Shown here: positions 1-12,915 of the stretch, piece by piece | How positions within the stretch are numbered: position 1 is the stretch's first letter | How the letters are laid out: the number at the start of each line of letters is the position of its first letter | NCBI GenBank assembly: GCA_002269645.1 | Contig: NIVC01003041.1 | Location: 8,669-72,668 of the forward strand | Origin: Macrostomum lignano | Taxonomy: Eukaryota | DNA length: 64,000 nt | Direction: 5' to 3' | Translations under genes and position numbers: made by a program | The notes under the pieces: model-generated | What the model saw: only the letters and a program-made list of their open reading frames with translations | Databases searched by the model: none | What the model was told of the DNA's origin: nothing

Positions 1-1350
1 TTGATTCTTGTGGGGTTGTCGGGGGGGGGGGTCAAGGCTCATGTGGTCGCACCGAGTTGGCCGCGGCGGGGCTCAGGTGGAAAACCAAAATTGCAGCAGC
101 AGCGAAGGCAGTAGCGACACGGAACGGCTGAGCGTGGCTGCAGTCTTGGCGAACTGAAATTTGTCATTTGGACGCAACTTCTTTTATCGCTAACTTTTGT
201 GGCTAACTTTTATGTTATGACTGACTCGTTACTGGCGTAAGAAATAATAACTTGTCTAATTAATAGTGCATATTTCTCGCTCACATACGGAATAAGTTTT
301 TTTCAGCTTAAACCATGACAAACTAATCAAACAGTAACCAACAGTAGCATGATGCGTAGCAGATCTGAAGTCTTGGCTTACCAGGTTCGGCGACTGTATA
401 GGTCAGAAAAAGTATTTCTGAAAATGTCAATGAAGATTTGCAGGATATTAAACTTAAATTACTTCGATTTAAATACACATGTAGATGGCGCGTGGAGTTC
501 TGCGAATTTGTAAATTTCCCCTAATTGCGAATTGATTTTTCGAAGGCATTTTAATTTAAAGAAGATTCAAGCAAATGATTTTTTAAATAATAAATCGCAA
601 AACTCAGACGCAATGGATTGCGCAGTACTGAAATATAATGGCCAAACACGAGTGCGCGCACGAGTGTCTGTGGCCATTATTTCAGCCCCTTACCTACTAC
701 GCAACGGCATTGTCTATAAGACACATATATAGAGGCCATTGTAATTATACTTTTTACCCAGACGCAATAACAAAATATTTGGGCCATTATTCCACAGTTT
801 TGATGTGTACCATAGACATTTGGATTGAAAAAATCATCGCACAGCATTTTTGTTGATAAATACATAACAGCAAGGAGTAAATGAACAAAAAGGAAAAAAA
901 TCATTAAAACTAAAGTACCAGCTACAGGAAAAGAGTTCATTATAAATGTCACAGCTAGTGCAGGTCATCAGTTTGTAGTCGAAATTTGACAATGTGAAAA
1001 TCTGTCACTCAAAGTGAAACATGCAGTACTCAAAGCCGCAGTTCCTAAAGATGCTCGACACTTTAGCCTGATGATTTGGCACTGCAAAAGGAGTTGGTCT
1101 ATTTTGAATGTTTTCTATAAAAGAGAAATACAGGTGCTCAACTATAGATGCCGAACTTACCATTTGAAAGATGCACGTCTTGGTTGGCTTGCGACTGATA
1201 AGCTTCGTCTGATGGCCTTCTTTGGTAACGCAGTATCCAAGTTGGGATTCTTTGGGACTGTCGGCTGCTCGACTAAATCTATCGGCTGCTTTGAGTCATC
1301 GCTTATAGCCATCGAGGCGTTGAAGACTGCATGGTCGCGTTTTCTTCCTA

Positions 1351-2109
1351 GGTAGCGCTGCACGGTTCGTTCAGTCGTCGACAGGAAGATTTTTTCCAAT
1401 TAATTAGCGCGGCTGTTTGACGAGATGCACCAGTTAAAGTTGTTTGACAAGACAAATAGCTTTTTCTCTCACTACTCGCTTTTCTGTTTCTTACAAGACG
1501 CAAGCGAAACCAGCACTCATCACAGTGTGTCTATGGTCAATCTAAGACACACATCTCAGTGGTCTATGGGTAAAATAACTCTTAAAACAGCCAATTGAAG
1601 CATGATAAAAAAGTGTGGAATACCAATTGAAGCATGATAAAAAAGTGTGGAATAATGACAGCGACAATAGTGTGGAATAATGGCCGCAAAAGTGTGGAAT
1701 AATGACTGCGCGCTGAGTGAAATTATAAGTACAATGCACTTGTATAGTATGCAACTGAGTTGAATACTATACAATCTACCATTATTTCAGCATAACGTAG
1801 TCTGCCGGCCATTATTTCAGCGTGCCGGAAGCGCTATTTCACACTTTTTTTATCACGCTTCAATTGGCTGTTTTGAGAGTTATTTTACCCATAGACGACT
1901 GAGATGTATGTCTTAGTTTGACCATAGACAACACTGTGATGAGTGCTGATTTCGTTTGCGTCTTGCAAGAACTCAGGAAAGCGGGTAGTACGAATGAAAG
2001 CTATTTATTTGTCTTGTCAAACAACTATGGCTGGTGCATCTCGTCGAACAGCCCCGCGCTTATTAATTGGAAACATCTTCTTGTCGACGACTGAACGAAC
2101 CGTGCGACC
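1351..2109. mobile_element. Foldback/MITE-like element with ~290-bp imperfect terminal inverted repeats
   Basis: 1361-1640 (cacggttcgttcagtcgtcgacaggaagat...cagcactcatcacagtgtgtctatggtcaa...) is the reverse complement of 1835-2104. TA flanks both ends (1349-1350, 2110-2111). Internal short repeats aaaagtgtggaata. No transposase ORF. Confidence 0.7.
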
Positions 2110-2506
2110 TATATGCTTCAGTGAAGATGCGGGGTGAAGGATGAAGAGACACAGGAGATGCGGGTGAAGCATGGTAAGCATAATATGTCAACATTGTAAG
2201 TAAATTAGTGTGGCTTATACTAATGGCTATAGAAACAGAATTTTTTACAATGTCCATTAATGGATTCGGAACGCGCAATTCGCTTCTTCGAGAACTGCCA
2301 CTTCAAGGATTGCACGTTTCAGTTTTAATGAGCAACTGCTGATGAACAGTCTATGACTACTGGACGTGTTGCTTTTGTGCTTAATGTGTGCGTTTTCCAT
2401 TGTTTAGCAATTTGACGATCATTATTCACATTTTTAATGCAGAACAATCCATTACTACAAACAATGCATTGTCTGTAGGATCGTCAAACAGAAAAACAAT
2501 GCAAAG

Positions 2507-2601
2507 AATCAGCGGTCGCAGCACGTGACAACGATTTGTCTATGGCTCGCGCCTACCGGCGCTCGCCAGACAATCGTTGTCACGCGCTGGGACCGCTGAT
2601 T
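2507..2601. repeat. Near-perfect ~35-bp-arm hairpin (small palindromic element)
   Basis: aatcagcggtcgcagcacgtgacaacgatttgtct pairs with agacaatcgttgtcacgcgctgggaccgctgatt around a GC-rich loop (ggctcgcgcctaccggcgctcgcc). Confidence 0.75.
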
Positions 2602-3559
2602 ATTTATCCATTGTTTGTTAGCTAAAATGACTATCCTTTTTCAGCGTATTCCAGAATGTTATGTAGACTGTTTGCGATTATAAACCCCTTGTGTCAGTTA
2701 ATAAATGCATAGTTAACTAATCGTCTATGGTTCAAACGCCTGCTAAAGCTGAACTAATGGCCAGTTGAGTTTGTCATTTCGCCAGCTAGGCTGTGTCTTA
2801 TGGACAATGATAGATTGTGTATATGGTTTTGGAGGTAGACAATGATAAAATTTTCACGAGTGGCTATAAACATTATAGCTAGGTTTGCGTAAGGGGAGCG
2901 GTGACGTTACTGGGGGAAATGTGTGATATGCATGTGACATGTTGCTGGGGAAATTGTGATGTCTCGACATACATATGTATGGACTAGTAGGCTTCCAAAT
3001 TCTAATGCAGGACGCGCGGTTCACGAACATCGCATTGAATTAGGTTGCCCTCTAGAGGTTGGGTGTGGTGCCTCTGACAGCAGGAGAGCCGGGGTGTCGG
3101 AAGTTCCATCATCTGTCCGCCAGCGTCTAGCTAGATCTCTCGACGTGCCTTCGATGTCGTCCTGAACACAGAGAATAACGTGGTCCTTGGTGGTTAGAGC
3201 GTCGGACTCTCGACTTGAAGGTCGGGGGTTCGATTCCCGGTCCCACTTGAACGATTTGTGCCCTTGAGCAAGACGCTTAACTCTGCATTGCTTCTGTTCA
3301 CCCAGATGTGTAAAATGCGTGCCAGCTGCATTAGCTGGGGTAATTGAGGGTGTGTGGCGACCCCCCCCCCCCCCAGCAGGGGTGTCGGAACCGGGGGGGC
3401 CCACTTTTTAGCATTATTCTGCAAGTGCCCTTTTTTAATTTCAAGCAAGTGTCGGCCGGTTTTCGGCTTTGGCTGATATAATAGCTCGTAGTTCAGTCGT
3501 TCTCAATCCTATTCCACTACAGTTTTTATCTAATGTGCCTAAGCCTAGCGCTTTTAGTG

Positions 3560-4284
3560 CAGAGGTCAGCAAACGTTTTACCTCTAGGGCCAGATTGAGA
3601 ATAGCGCATGACTGCCCTTCTGGGTCCGCTTCGCTGGGCCCTCTAAGCAAAACGCGCGCCCAGGAGTCCGCGATGACTGCGGGCTATAGGGAGAGAGGAT
3701 AGGGAATAGAGAAGAGAAATACGAGCGCAGGAGCGAGAAAGGAGAGGCGAAGGAATAAAGGAGAAGAGAGTAGACGAGAAGAAAGATAAAATAGGAGAGA
3801 AGGAGAGGAGAGAGAAGGGAAGGGAGAAGAGAATGGAGAGGAAACGGGAGATGAGAGGAGAGGAAACAAGAGATGAGAGGAGAGGAGAAAGAAGAGAGGA
3901 GAGGAGAAAGAAGAGAGGAGAGGAGAGGGGAGAGGTGAGATGAGAGGAGAGGAGAGAGGTGAGGAGATGAGAGGAGAGGAGATGAGAGGAAAGGAGAGAT
4001 CGGAGAGGAGAGGAGAGAGGTGAGGAGATGAGAGGAAAGTAGAGAGGAGAGGAGAGGAGAGGAGAGGAGAGGAAAGTAGAGAGGAGAGGAGAGGAGAGGA
4101 GAGGAGAGGACAGGAGAATATGAGAAGAGAGAGGTGAGGGAAGAGAGCTGAGAAGAGACACAAGCATCGAGCGGGCCGGATTGCTATTGTGAAGATTCAA
4201 AAGGACCCAAGGGCCGGATATAGAGAGGCTTTGCGGGCAGGCAACATTTGGCTCTCAGGCCGGAGTTTGCCAACCCCCGGCCTG
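3560..4284. mobile_element. hAT/Charlie-like MITE carrying a GA-rich core
   Basis: Ends cagaggtcagcaaac...gggccagatt and ggccggagtttgccaacccccggcctg. Near TSD ttttagtg / ttttagta. Homologous in reverse orientation to 37442-39042. Confidence 0.65.
3690..4165. repeat. Polypurine (GA-rich) low-complexity tract
   Basis: Degenerate (gagga)n/(gagag)n. Explains the spurious S/L-rich minus-strand ORFs. Confidence 0.9.
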
Positions 4285-6599
4285 TTTTAGTATTAAGCCT
4301 TTTTTACTTTGGCATCTCTGATCAAAATCCCGAGTCCACCGCAATCCCAAGATAAAAGAATAAAGAGACAGCGCCAAGAGGAACTGATCGAAGGAGGCAG
4401 CCAAGAGATCCAGAAAATTACTGGTCTTGCCCTGGCAATTTTCATTCATTTTGATATGAATTAAGTTGCGCAGTTGCGCAATGTTTGAATTAGTTGAAAA
4501 ACATTTTTTCAAACAGTTAAAACATTTTTAGACTTTTGGCCACACCTAACACAGAATTGAATATTGGCCTGGTTTTCACAATTAATGCCACAAAAACTGA
4601 CATAACAGCAGGAGTTAGGGTGCCCTTAGATAAAAAAATAATGTGCAATGTGCCCTCCCACCATATAGCCCCCCACTTTGAAATATGTTCCGACACCGCT
4701 GCCCCCCAGTCCTTGGACTGAACAGCTTGGCTGAGCTTCGGTTGCACATCTGCCTATTGGTGTAGGTGTAATCAATTGTTATTATTACGCACAGAGCATT
4801 GAGATGAAACAGCCCGAGGAACGAGGAACCAGATAGAAACAGCCCGAGGACAGAGTCCAATAAATTTACGCTCGTACAGATCGAGCGTACAGTTATATCG
4901 ATGACTTTTCGATGCATTGATATAAGCAAGCCGAAGCTCCAAAGTCGGATTATATATGAGTGCCAAAATTTTGACTGAGGCACGGGGCTGTGGCAGAGTG
5001 TCAAAGACCGAAAAAATGAGGCAGCTTTAGACAGAATTTTAACAGGCTCATTAAGGATAGGTAGCCAAAAAGTACAGCACTCCTTTCAATTTCTGAAGCA
5101 GCAAATTGTCATTGCATGGGCCAGTAGCTAGCTTTATTTGAGTTTTCTGTCTCTACTAATGTAATGGAAATTTAATCCATAGGGTCGAACGCGACGAGAC
5201 GACATTTGTTTTTCGCTTGGTCTTCGGTTTTTGATTTAAGAATTTTTCTATGAATGTCACGCGTCGTATGGTATGGTAGGCTGGTAGCTAGCTAGGCTTG
5301 CAAAAAGCAAGTCCAATGAAAGCTAGAACTAGCAGCTGTCGGCTGGCCGGTTCCAGTTCAGTTGCTGCGTTGCATTTATCATTCATGAGAGGACGTGTAT
5401 GCGACCCGTGTTCCAACTCCAACACAGGCTCTTCAAGATGCCTCTAAGTAACCCTAACCCTAACTTTATGATATGTTATGTTATGATAGATGATAAGGCC
5501 TATCAAGTTTTTTTATTTTGCATTTGCTTTTTCGCTCTTTCGCTTGAAAGCTGCGAGTGGTATAATAAAATTTATACCTACCTAGACTAGAGAATTCTTT
5601 GTATTGTAGACATAGGCCTACCTTAAAAATAGCCCAACCTAAGTAGATTTTTAACTTTTTTGATAGGGGCCTAATGATAATTTTGAATTTTATAATGTAA
5701 TAAGTGCTTTAAAATTCAAGTTTCATTGTTTTATTTACTAAATTGAACCAAAATATTCATTCAATAGGCTAGGGCTCATCCCTATATATGTATGTATATA
5801 GGGCCTAGGCCTATGTATAGTTTTAATACAATGTGAATTAGGGCTAGGCTAATTTGGGCCTTCTATCCAACTAGACCACAAATCAATATTGTAATTTTTG
5901 GAAAATTGGCTAATTGCTTATTTTGTAACTTTTTAACATTAATTTTATAATTTTATTTTGGCAATTTTTATTTTTTCTATGTTTAATTCTTTAAAGTTTA
6001 ATAATTTTTATTTTAATTAAGTACAAAATTATATAGGCTATAAAAATTTGAGAGAAACAAAGGAATGTTTCTATAACTGGTCAATGAATATAAAAAAAGA
6101 AAATAAGCTATAAATAGTTTAAAGCCAGAGAAAAAAATTTAAATTGTACATAATGCAAAACTATATTGCAAGAAAGCTCCAAATATAAACTATGTCCACT
6201 TTTTCATTAAAGGTATGCACTTTTAAATGTACCTGTGATTGTGTGTGTATGTGTGTAATAGTGATAGCCCATAATTCATGGGTTTTGTACTTTGAGGTAG
6301 CGTGGCCAAATGAATATGATGCAAGAAGTGATTGCAGAGAAGAAAAAGTCACAAAGGCTTGGAAGGCCAGTGTGCACTTATATTATAGTTAAACAAACTA
6401 CTAACCAGCATGATTCAGCAAACACCAAACTCTCCACCCGGCCTAGGCTGGTCTGGGCAGACAGACAAACCCCCCAGCCAATCAGAACGCAAGAACACTA
6501 ACCAGCGTGCAAGCTGCATACACAACAATGGGGTCTCAATTGTGACAGCCCAGTGCATCCAAATCTTGCATTTCTTCCACCCACTGCATTTCTCTCCAG

Positions 6600-9500
6600 T
6601 CAACGCCAAGAAGTCAGGCTGCTCAGCAGCCCGAAGGTGCCCCAGGCCAGCTGCAGCAGCTGTCCTATCCCTACCTCAATCTGTTCAAGGAGCTGGGCGT
6701 TGGCCAGTGGAACAGGTCAGAATGCCACGGCGGGGTGGCCTCCTACATGGACCAGACTGTCAAGTCAACTGCCTTCAGCATCCAGGGCGCGGTGTCCGCC
6801 TCCAACTACATCCAGCTGCCCAGGCCTGCTGGCCGCGGCCTGCAGCTGCAGTGCCGCTACCTGTACGTGCAGTTCCGGCCCAGCCCCGGCCGCCACTTCG
6901 TGCTGCACGTGGACCTGGCAGCGGCCGGCACCGCCGCCCCGGTGCGGCTCAGCGTCAGCAGCCTCTACAAGCGGCCTGCCGGCGGCGCCGCTGCCATCAA
7001 GCTGCCGTTCGTCTTCGACGCCGACGGCCGAGGCCGCCTGCTGGCCGCGCCGCCGGACGAGTCCGAGGCGCCGGCGGCCGGGGCGCCCTGCCCGGAGGCG
7101 GCCCGCTGGACTCTGCTGCGTCTCGACCTGGACTGGGCGCTGCGGGTGTTCGCCGGGGTTCGCCTCGGCTGCCTGCGCGGCCTTCGGCTCTGCGCCTGCA
7201 TGAGCGCCCGCGCCGTCTTTGCCGCCTCCAGGCGCTACCAGCCGAACGCATCGCCCGGCTCCGAGGAGGCGCTGCCCCGCGCCATGGCCTTCTTCCTGGG
7301 CCGCGGCGAGCGCTTTGAAGATCGCTACGATTTTGTGCAGCTGCCCGAGCCCACAGTCGAGGCTCGCGAGGCCGCGCCTCCTGTCGGGCCGGCTGAGCGA
7401 AGACCCTCGCCGCCGCCTGCGCCGCTGACGCCGCCGCCGCCTCAACAGCCGCAGTCGTCCTTCGTCAGGCCGGCTGCTTCTGTGCCGGCGTCAGCAGCGG
7501 CGGAGCTGCGCCTGTCGCGGGTGCTGGGCTGCACACAGCCGCACAGCGCCTGCTGGACCCAGGAGGAGCTGGTCTTCCCCTGCCACGCCCTGGTGGTGGC
7601 CCAGTGCCTGGCCACCGGCCGCCAACGCTTCTTCACCGGCCACACGGACTCCGTTGGCTGCGTGGCCGTGGACTCCGCCTGCGGCCGGATGGCCAGCGGC
7701 CAGCGCGGCCTGCTCCGCCTGTGGGACTTCGCCGGCCAGCGCTGCCTGGCCCACTGTCCGGCCTTTCAGCTGGGCGCCGGCCTTCTGGCCTTCTCGCCCG
7801 GCGGCCTTCGGTTGGCTGGCACCGGCCGGGACGCTCACGGACGCTTTGTGGTCACCGTCTGGCAGGTGAGCCGGGGCTGGCGTGCTGGGATTTGAATCAA
7901 GATAGGATGGGATTTGAGTCATGATTGGATGGGATTTGGGCCTGGGATGTGGAATCTGGTGGATAATTTTCCCCACATCTGCGACCCCCAGACGGACGGG
8001 CCGGTCGTCCGGCTGCTCGCCAAGGCCTGCAGCGACCAGGCCCCCGTTGCCCTGCACTTCCTGGACGAGGCGCGCGTAGTCACCTGCGGCCGCGGCGCCG
8101 TCCGCTTCTGGCGTGTCAAAGGCGGCGGCGGCGCCGCCGGAACCTCGGCGCTGCTCCGCTCGGCGCCGGCCGCCCTGGGCGAGTACGCGGCGCTGGACTT
8201 CACCGCCGTCTGCCCGCTGCCCGGGCCTGCCGACGCTGACCCGCTGGTGCTGGCTTGCGCCCGGTCCGGCCACGTGCTCGAGCTCGGCGCCTCCGACCTG
8301 GCCGTCCGGCGCGCCCGCCGCCTGCTGCCGTCGGACCGGACAGCCTGGCGTGGCCGAGCTCGGCCGGCCGGCATCGAGGTGTCCGCGGTGGCGGCCAACG
8401 AGTCCTTCTGCGTGACGGGCTCGGCCGATGGCTTCCTGCGCGTCTGGCCGCTCGACTTCTCGCAGGTGGGTCTTCGACTCGAGGTCCCTCACTTGAAGCT
8501 CGTTTTATCTCTGTGTTTGACCCTGGGACTAATTTGTGCGGGCTGATTTGGAAATGAACTGGTGCACCGCCTCTTGCAGGGAAGTCTAGTTATAATGTAT
8601 TGAAATTTCCTCTTAATTACACTTGACTGTAGCTGATCAAATCATACCTGACCAAATTACACCTGACCAAATTACACCTGACCAAATTACACCTGACCAA
8701 ATTACACCTGACCAAATAGCACCTGACCAAATTACACCTGACCAAATTACACCTGACCAATTTACACCTGACCAAATTACACCTGACCAAATAGCACCTG
8801 ACCAAATTACACATGACCAAATTACACCTGACCAAATTACACCTGACCAAATTACACCTGACCAAATAACACCTGACCAAATTACACCTGACCAAATTAC
8901 ACCTGACTGAATTACACTTGACTGTAGCTGACCAAATTACACCTGACCAAATTACACCTGACCAAATTACACCTGACCAAATTACACCTGACCAAATTAC
9001 ACCTGACCAAAAAGCACCTGACCAAATTACACCTGACCAAATTACACCTGACCAAATTACACCTGACCAAAAAGCACCTGACCAATTTACACCTGACCAA
9101 TTTACACCTGACCAATTTACACCTGACCAAATTACACCTGACCAAATTACACCTGACCAAATAGCACCTGACCGAATTACACCTGACCGATATTACCCCC
9201 CAAACCTTACCTTATAAAATTCCCCGCTCGCCCAGGTGCTCCTCGAGGCCGAGCACGAGAGCCCGGTGGTGAACGCCGCTCTCAGTCGGGACGGCGCCAG
9301 CGCCCTGGCCGCCACCGCCGCCGGCTGCCTCGGAGTCCTGGACGTTGCCCGCCGCGCCTACCGGACACTCGTCCGCTCGCCCGGCCCCGGCCCGGTTGCC
9401 TCCGCCCATCTCGGCCGGGACACCCTGGCCACGGTGTCCGCCGGCGACAAGTCGCTCCGCCTGTGGAGCTCCGACCGCCTCGACCAGTGCCAGAGCTTCG

Positions 9501-12500
9501 GCCTCGCTGAGCCGCCCTGCCGCGTCGCTGTTCACCCCCGCGACGGCCTCGCCGCTTGCGGCTTCCGCTCCGGCCACGTCCGCTTGTTCGACCTGGCCGC
9601 CGCTTCCATGCTGGGTGAGCGGCGCAGCCATAGCGGCGCCGTCAGCGGGCTCGCCTTCTCCGCCTGCGGCCTCCGCCTGTTCTCCTGCGGCTCCGACGGC
9701 GGCCTGTCGGTTCACGACGCCTCGGCGGCCTGCGCGCTGCTCCGCTCCGTGCCCGACGTTGTCGCCAGGGTCGGCGCCGGCGGCTCCGAGGACCGTCCGA
9801 GCCCGCTGGCCGTGGACTCGGCCGACCCCGGCGGTTCCCTCATTGCCTACATCGGGCCGACCGGCGCCGCGGTTGTCGTGGCCGAAGGCGCCACCCTCGC
9901 TGAGCTGATCCGCGTAGACGTCACCATGGTCGCCGGGGCGGGCGTGGCGGACGCAGCCCGCGCCCTGCAGTTCGGCGCCGGGCACCTCCTGGTGGCCACG
10001 GAGGGCGGCCGCCTACTTCGATTGGAGCGCCGTTCCGGCCGCCTGGCCTCCCAGCTGTCCGGCCTCGGCCGCTGCGACTGCCTCTGCCTGAGCCCGGACG
10101 GCCGTTACTGCGTGGCCGGGGTTGGCCGGCAGCTGAAGCTGTTCCAGAACTGCTCGACCGGACAGGTGCAGTTCTCCAGCTTCCTGGGCCACAGCGGCCG
10201 AATCTGCGCGCTCGCCTTTAGCGCCGACGGCGCCAGACTGATGTCCGTTGGGGAGGCGGTCCTCGTCTGGGACTTCATGGCCCCGCCGGCATCTGAGAAG
10301 CCTGCCGAGAACCTCATGACTGAGAACGGCGCCAAGGTTTGTGGACAGTAAAACCAGCCCCACCTGACTCCCAATGTACATCAGCCTCCCCACCTCACTC
10401 CCAATGTACATCAGCCTCCCCACCTCACTCTCAATGTACATCAGCCTCCCCACCTCACTCTCAATGTACATCAGCCTCCCCATCAACTCTTTGAGAAGTT
10501 TTCCATTTAATCCTTGTAGAAGCCTCAACCAACACCCATCACGCCGGCCGCTCCGCAGTCGCGACACCGAGTGGAGGCGCCGGTGCGCGACCCCGGCCCG
10601 GGCCCGGCCACCGGGACGGCGAACCCGGAGCTCGCCGATGCCGTACCGCTTGCGAACGACGGCAGCAGCTCCAGCTCCAGTGTGTCCGACTGCGAAGTCA
10701 CGGAGCTCGCCGCGCCGGCCTCCAGCGCCCCGCCTGCCGAGCCGACGGTGTCGCTGCCGGTGCCGCCGCTGGCGCTGTTGCCCGACGAGCCGGCGGCGGG
10801 AGACGACGGCGGCGCTCCGCACGAGCATCCGGCGCCTTCATCTGCGCGCCACTTTCGGTCCGGCGCCGAGTCGTTGCGACAGCCGCCTGCCGACCAGCGG
10901 CGCTACCTGGCGCGGCCCGGCGAGGAGGCGCTGAGGCTGCGCGCCGGACTCGGTGCCGGCTCGGGCGTCGGCGCCATCGCCTGGCTGGAGGGCCGCGGCC
11001 GTCTGGTGTACGCCGTCGGCTGCCAGCTGCTGTCCGAGGACCTCGAGACCGGCCTGCAGGCGCGGCTCTGCCAGCTGCCCGGCCCGGCCACCGCGGCCGC
11101 CGCCAGCTCCGACAGCCGCCTGGCCGCCTTTTGCTGCCTCGGCGGCGGTCTGCGCATTTTCGACGCCGAGGCTGCCGACGCTGCGAACGCCGAGGCGCCG
11201 GAGGGAGTGTCGATGGCGCTGATCTGCCGCCCGCTGTCCGGCGGCCCGGCCACCTGCGCGCAGTTCAGCAGAGACGATCGCTACCTGCTGACCGTGGGCA
11301 ACCAAGCCGATCCCCTGCTGCAGGTCTGGCTGGGTCCCGACTGGCAGGCCGTGGCCAGCCACCGGGCGGCCTACCCCGTCAACGACGTCTGCTGGCGCGC
11401 CGCCGACCTCGCCAGTTTCGTCAGCGTCGGCACCGCGGCCGCCCTCTCCGTCTGGTCGGTGGTTGGCGGGCCGGACGGATCGCAGCGGCTGCAGCTGGAG
11501 GAGCTGCCCGCGCCGGACGAGGCCATCGGACGGCGGCCCGGACTGCGGGCGTCGGCTGCCTCAGCCGAGGAGCTGTCGGCTTGCACCGTCGACTCTGACG
11601 ACGCCGCGTTTGTGGCCGGTGGCCGCGGCCGGGTCTCCGTGTGGTCGCTGGGCGAGCGCCGCTGCGTCATGCACTGGGAGGCCGAGGCCAACGAGGTGTG
11701 TCGGCTGGCCCTGCGGCCCGGCGGCCTCCTCCTGTGCGGAGCCGCTGACGGCGCCGTCAAGGCGTGGGACGTGCGCGACATCCTTGGCCTGGGCGGCGGC
11801 GGCTGGTCGGGCGGCCGCGTCCGGCTGGTCAGCTCCGCCCGACTGGATGGCGCCGTGCTGGCGCTGCTGCCGGACAGCCAGGCCGAGCTGGCGCTGGCCG
11901 CCACCGCTGCTTCCGTGTGGTGCCTCCGAGTTGCCGAGGGCGCCACCACCCGCCTGATCGCCGGCCACGCCGCCCGCGTCGCCGCCGCGGCGCCGTTGCC
12001 CGGCCTCGGCGTCCTGGCCACCGGCGACGCGTCGGGCGCTGTCCGAATCTTCGACTCGGCCGGACGGCAGCTCCTGTGCCAGCTGCAGCCCGGCCGCCTC
12101 TCGGCCGCCTGCCTCTGCCTGGCCGCGGACGCCCTCTACTTGGCGGCCGGCTACGGGGACGGCCACGTCCGGGCCTTCACGGCCGGCGCCGACCTCGGCC
12201 AGACTTTGAAGGCCCGCCCGCACGCGGCCGGCGTGTCCTCGCTGGCTTTGGACCCCGGCCACCGTTTCCTGGTCAGCGGCTGCTCCGACGGCCTGCTGGC
12301 GCTGACGGGTCTCGACACCGGCCTCGTGCTGCGCGTCCTCCGCGACCACCGCGGCTCCGGCGTCGCCTGCCTGGACATCCAGCCGGACTCCGGCGGCTGC
12401 CACTTCCTGGCCTCCGCGGCCGACCGCCGCCTCAGCCTCTGGGCCTGCGCCGACTCCGCCGACTCCGTCGACCTCCGCCTGTGGCTGGCCTTCCCCTGCC

Positions 12501-12915
12501 GGCCTTCGCCCCAGGCAGCGGCCGCCCGCTGTCTGACGATCCGACGGCCGCCATGGAGCTGCCGCCGGCGCTGGCCCGCTTCTGCCCGGCCGACGCCGAC
12601 CTGCTGCTGCTGACCGGCTGCGCCCAGCAACCGGCCGTGGACCTCTACAGCCTCGCCCAGCGCCGAGTCGTCCGCTCCGTGTCGCTGCCCCGCTGGCCGC
12701 ACTGCCTGGACGCGTCTCCGTCCGGCCGCCTGCTGCTGCTGGGGTCGCTCGGCCGCCTTGTCACCCTGCTGGACCTCGGCAGCGGCTGCTTCCAGGACTT
12801 CGTTGGACACGCGGAGGGCCTGTCCTGTGTCCGGTTCGGCGAAGATGGACGGTCCTGCTGGACTGCGGCAGGGAGAGACGTTCTGGGCTGGGATGTGCTG
12901 ATCAGGGACTGCTGA
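6600..12915 (+). CDS. WDR90: WD repeat-containing protein 90 (CFA20-like N-terminal domain plus WD40 propellers); 5' end unresolved, one frameshift
   Basis: Exons 6600-7865, 7992-8465, 9236-10336, 10520-12915, all phase 0 with canonical AG/GT. Translation YPYLNLFKELGVGQWNRS...SIQGAVSASNYIQLP...RYLYVQFRPSPGRHFVLHVD and VWPLDFSQ|VLLEAEHESPV match the WDR90 sequence as I recall it. Adding one C to the C4 run at 12493-12496 restores WLAFPLPAF...QDFVGHAEGLSCVRF. About 1745 codons in total. Confidence 0.9.
8616..9190. repeat. 15-bp minisatellite (acctgaccaaattac)n in a WDR90 intron
   Basis: Two blocks, each starting aattacacttgactgtagctga (8616 and 8911). Confidence 0.95.
10356..10485. repeat. 30-bp minisatellite (cagcctccccacctcactcycaatgtacat)n in a WDR90 intron
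   Basis: About 4 tandem copies. Confidence 0.9.

Larger units (their letters stand above)
3377..4701. mobile_element. hAT-like non-autonomous DNA transposon inserted in the SINE
   Basis: TIRs caggggtgtcggaac / gttccgacaccgctg. 8-bp TSD ccccccag at 3369-3376 and 4702-4709. Confidence 0.75.
3178..4726 (+). mobile_element. tRNA-derived SINE with CORE-like domain, split by a nested DNA element
   Basis: A-box tggtggttagagcg and B-box gggttcgattccc, then gtgcccttgagcaagacgcttaac...tgtaaaatg (CORE-SINE-like). The 3' tail ccccccagtccttggactgaacagc resumes at 4702. An intact sister copy is at 19471-19685. Confidence 0.75.

Noticed and set aside
3178-3250. Functional tRNA genes (also 19471, ~24900-24955 minus, 40674, 45884)
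   Set aside because: Acceptor stems are incomplete and the sequences are embedded in SINE or Helitron bodies.
5245-6460. Candidate first coding exons of WDR90 (ATG ~5250, 5438, 6410)
   Set aside because: None gives a convincing donor in the required phase 0 with supporting similarity. The start is left unresolved, and 6600 could also be a trans-splice acceptor.
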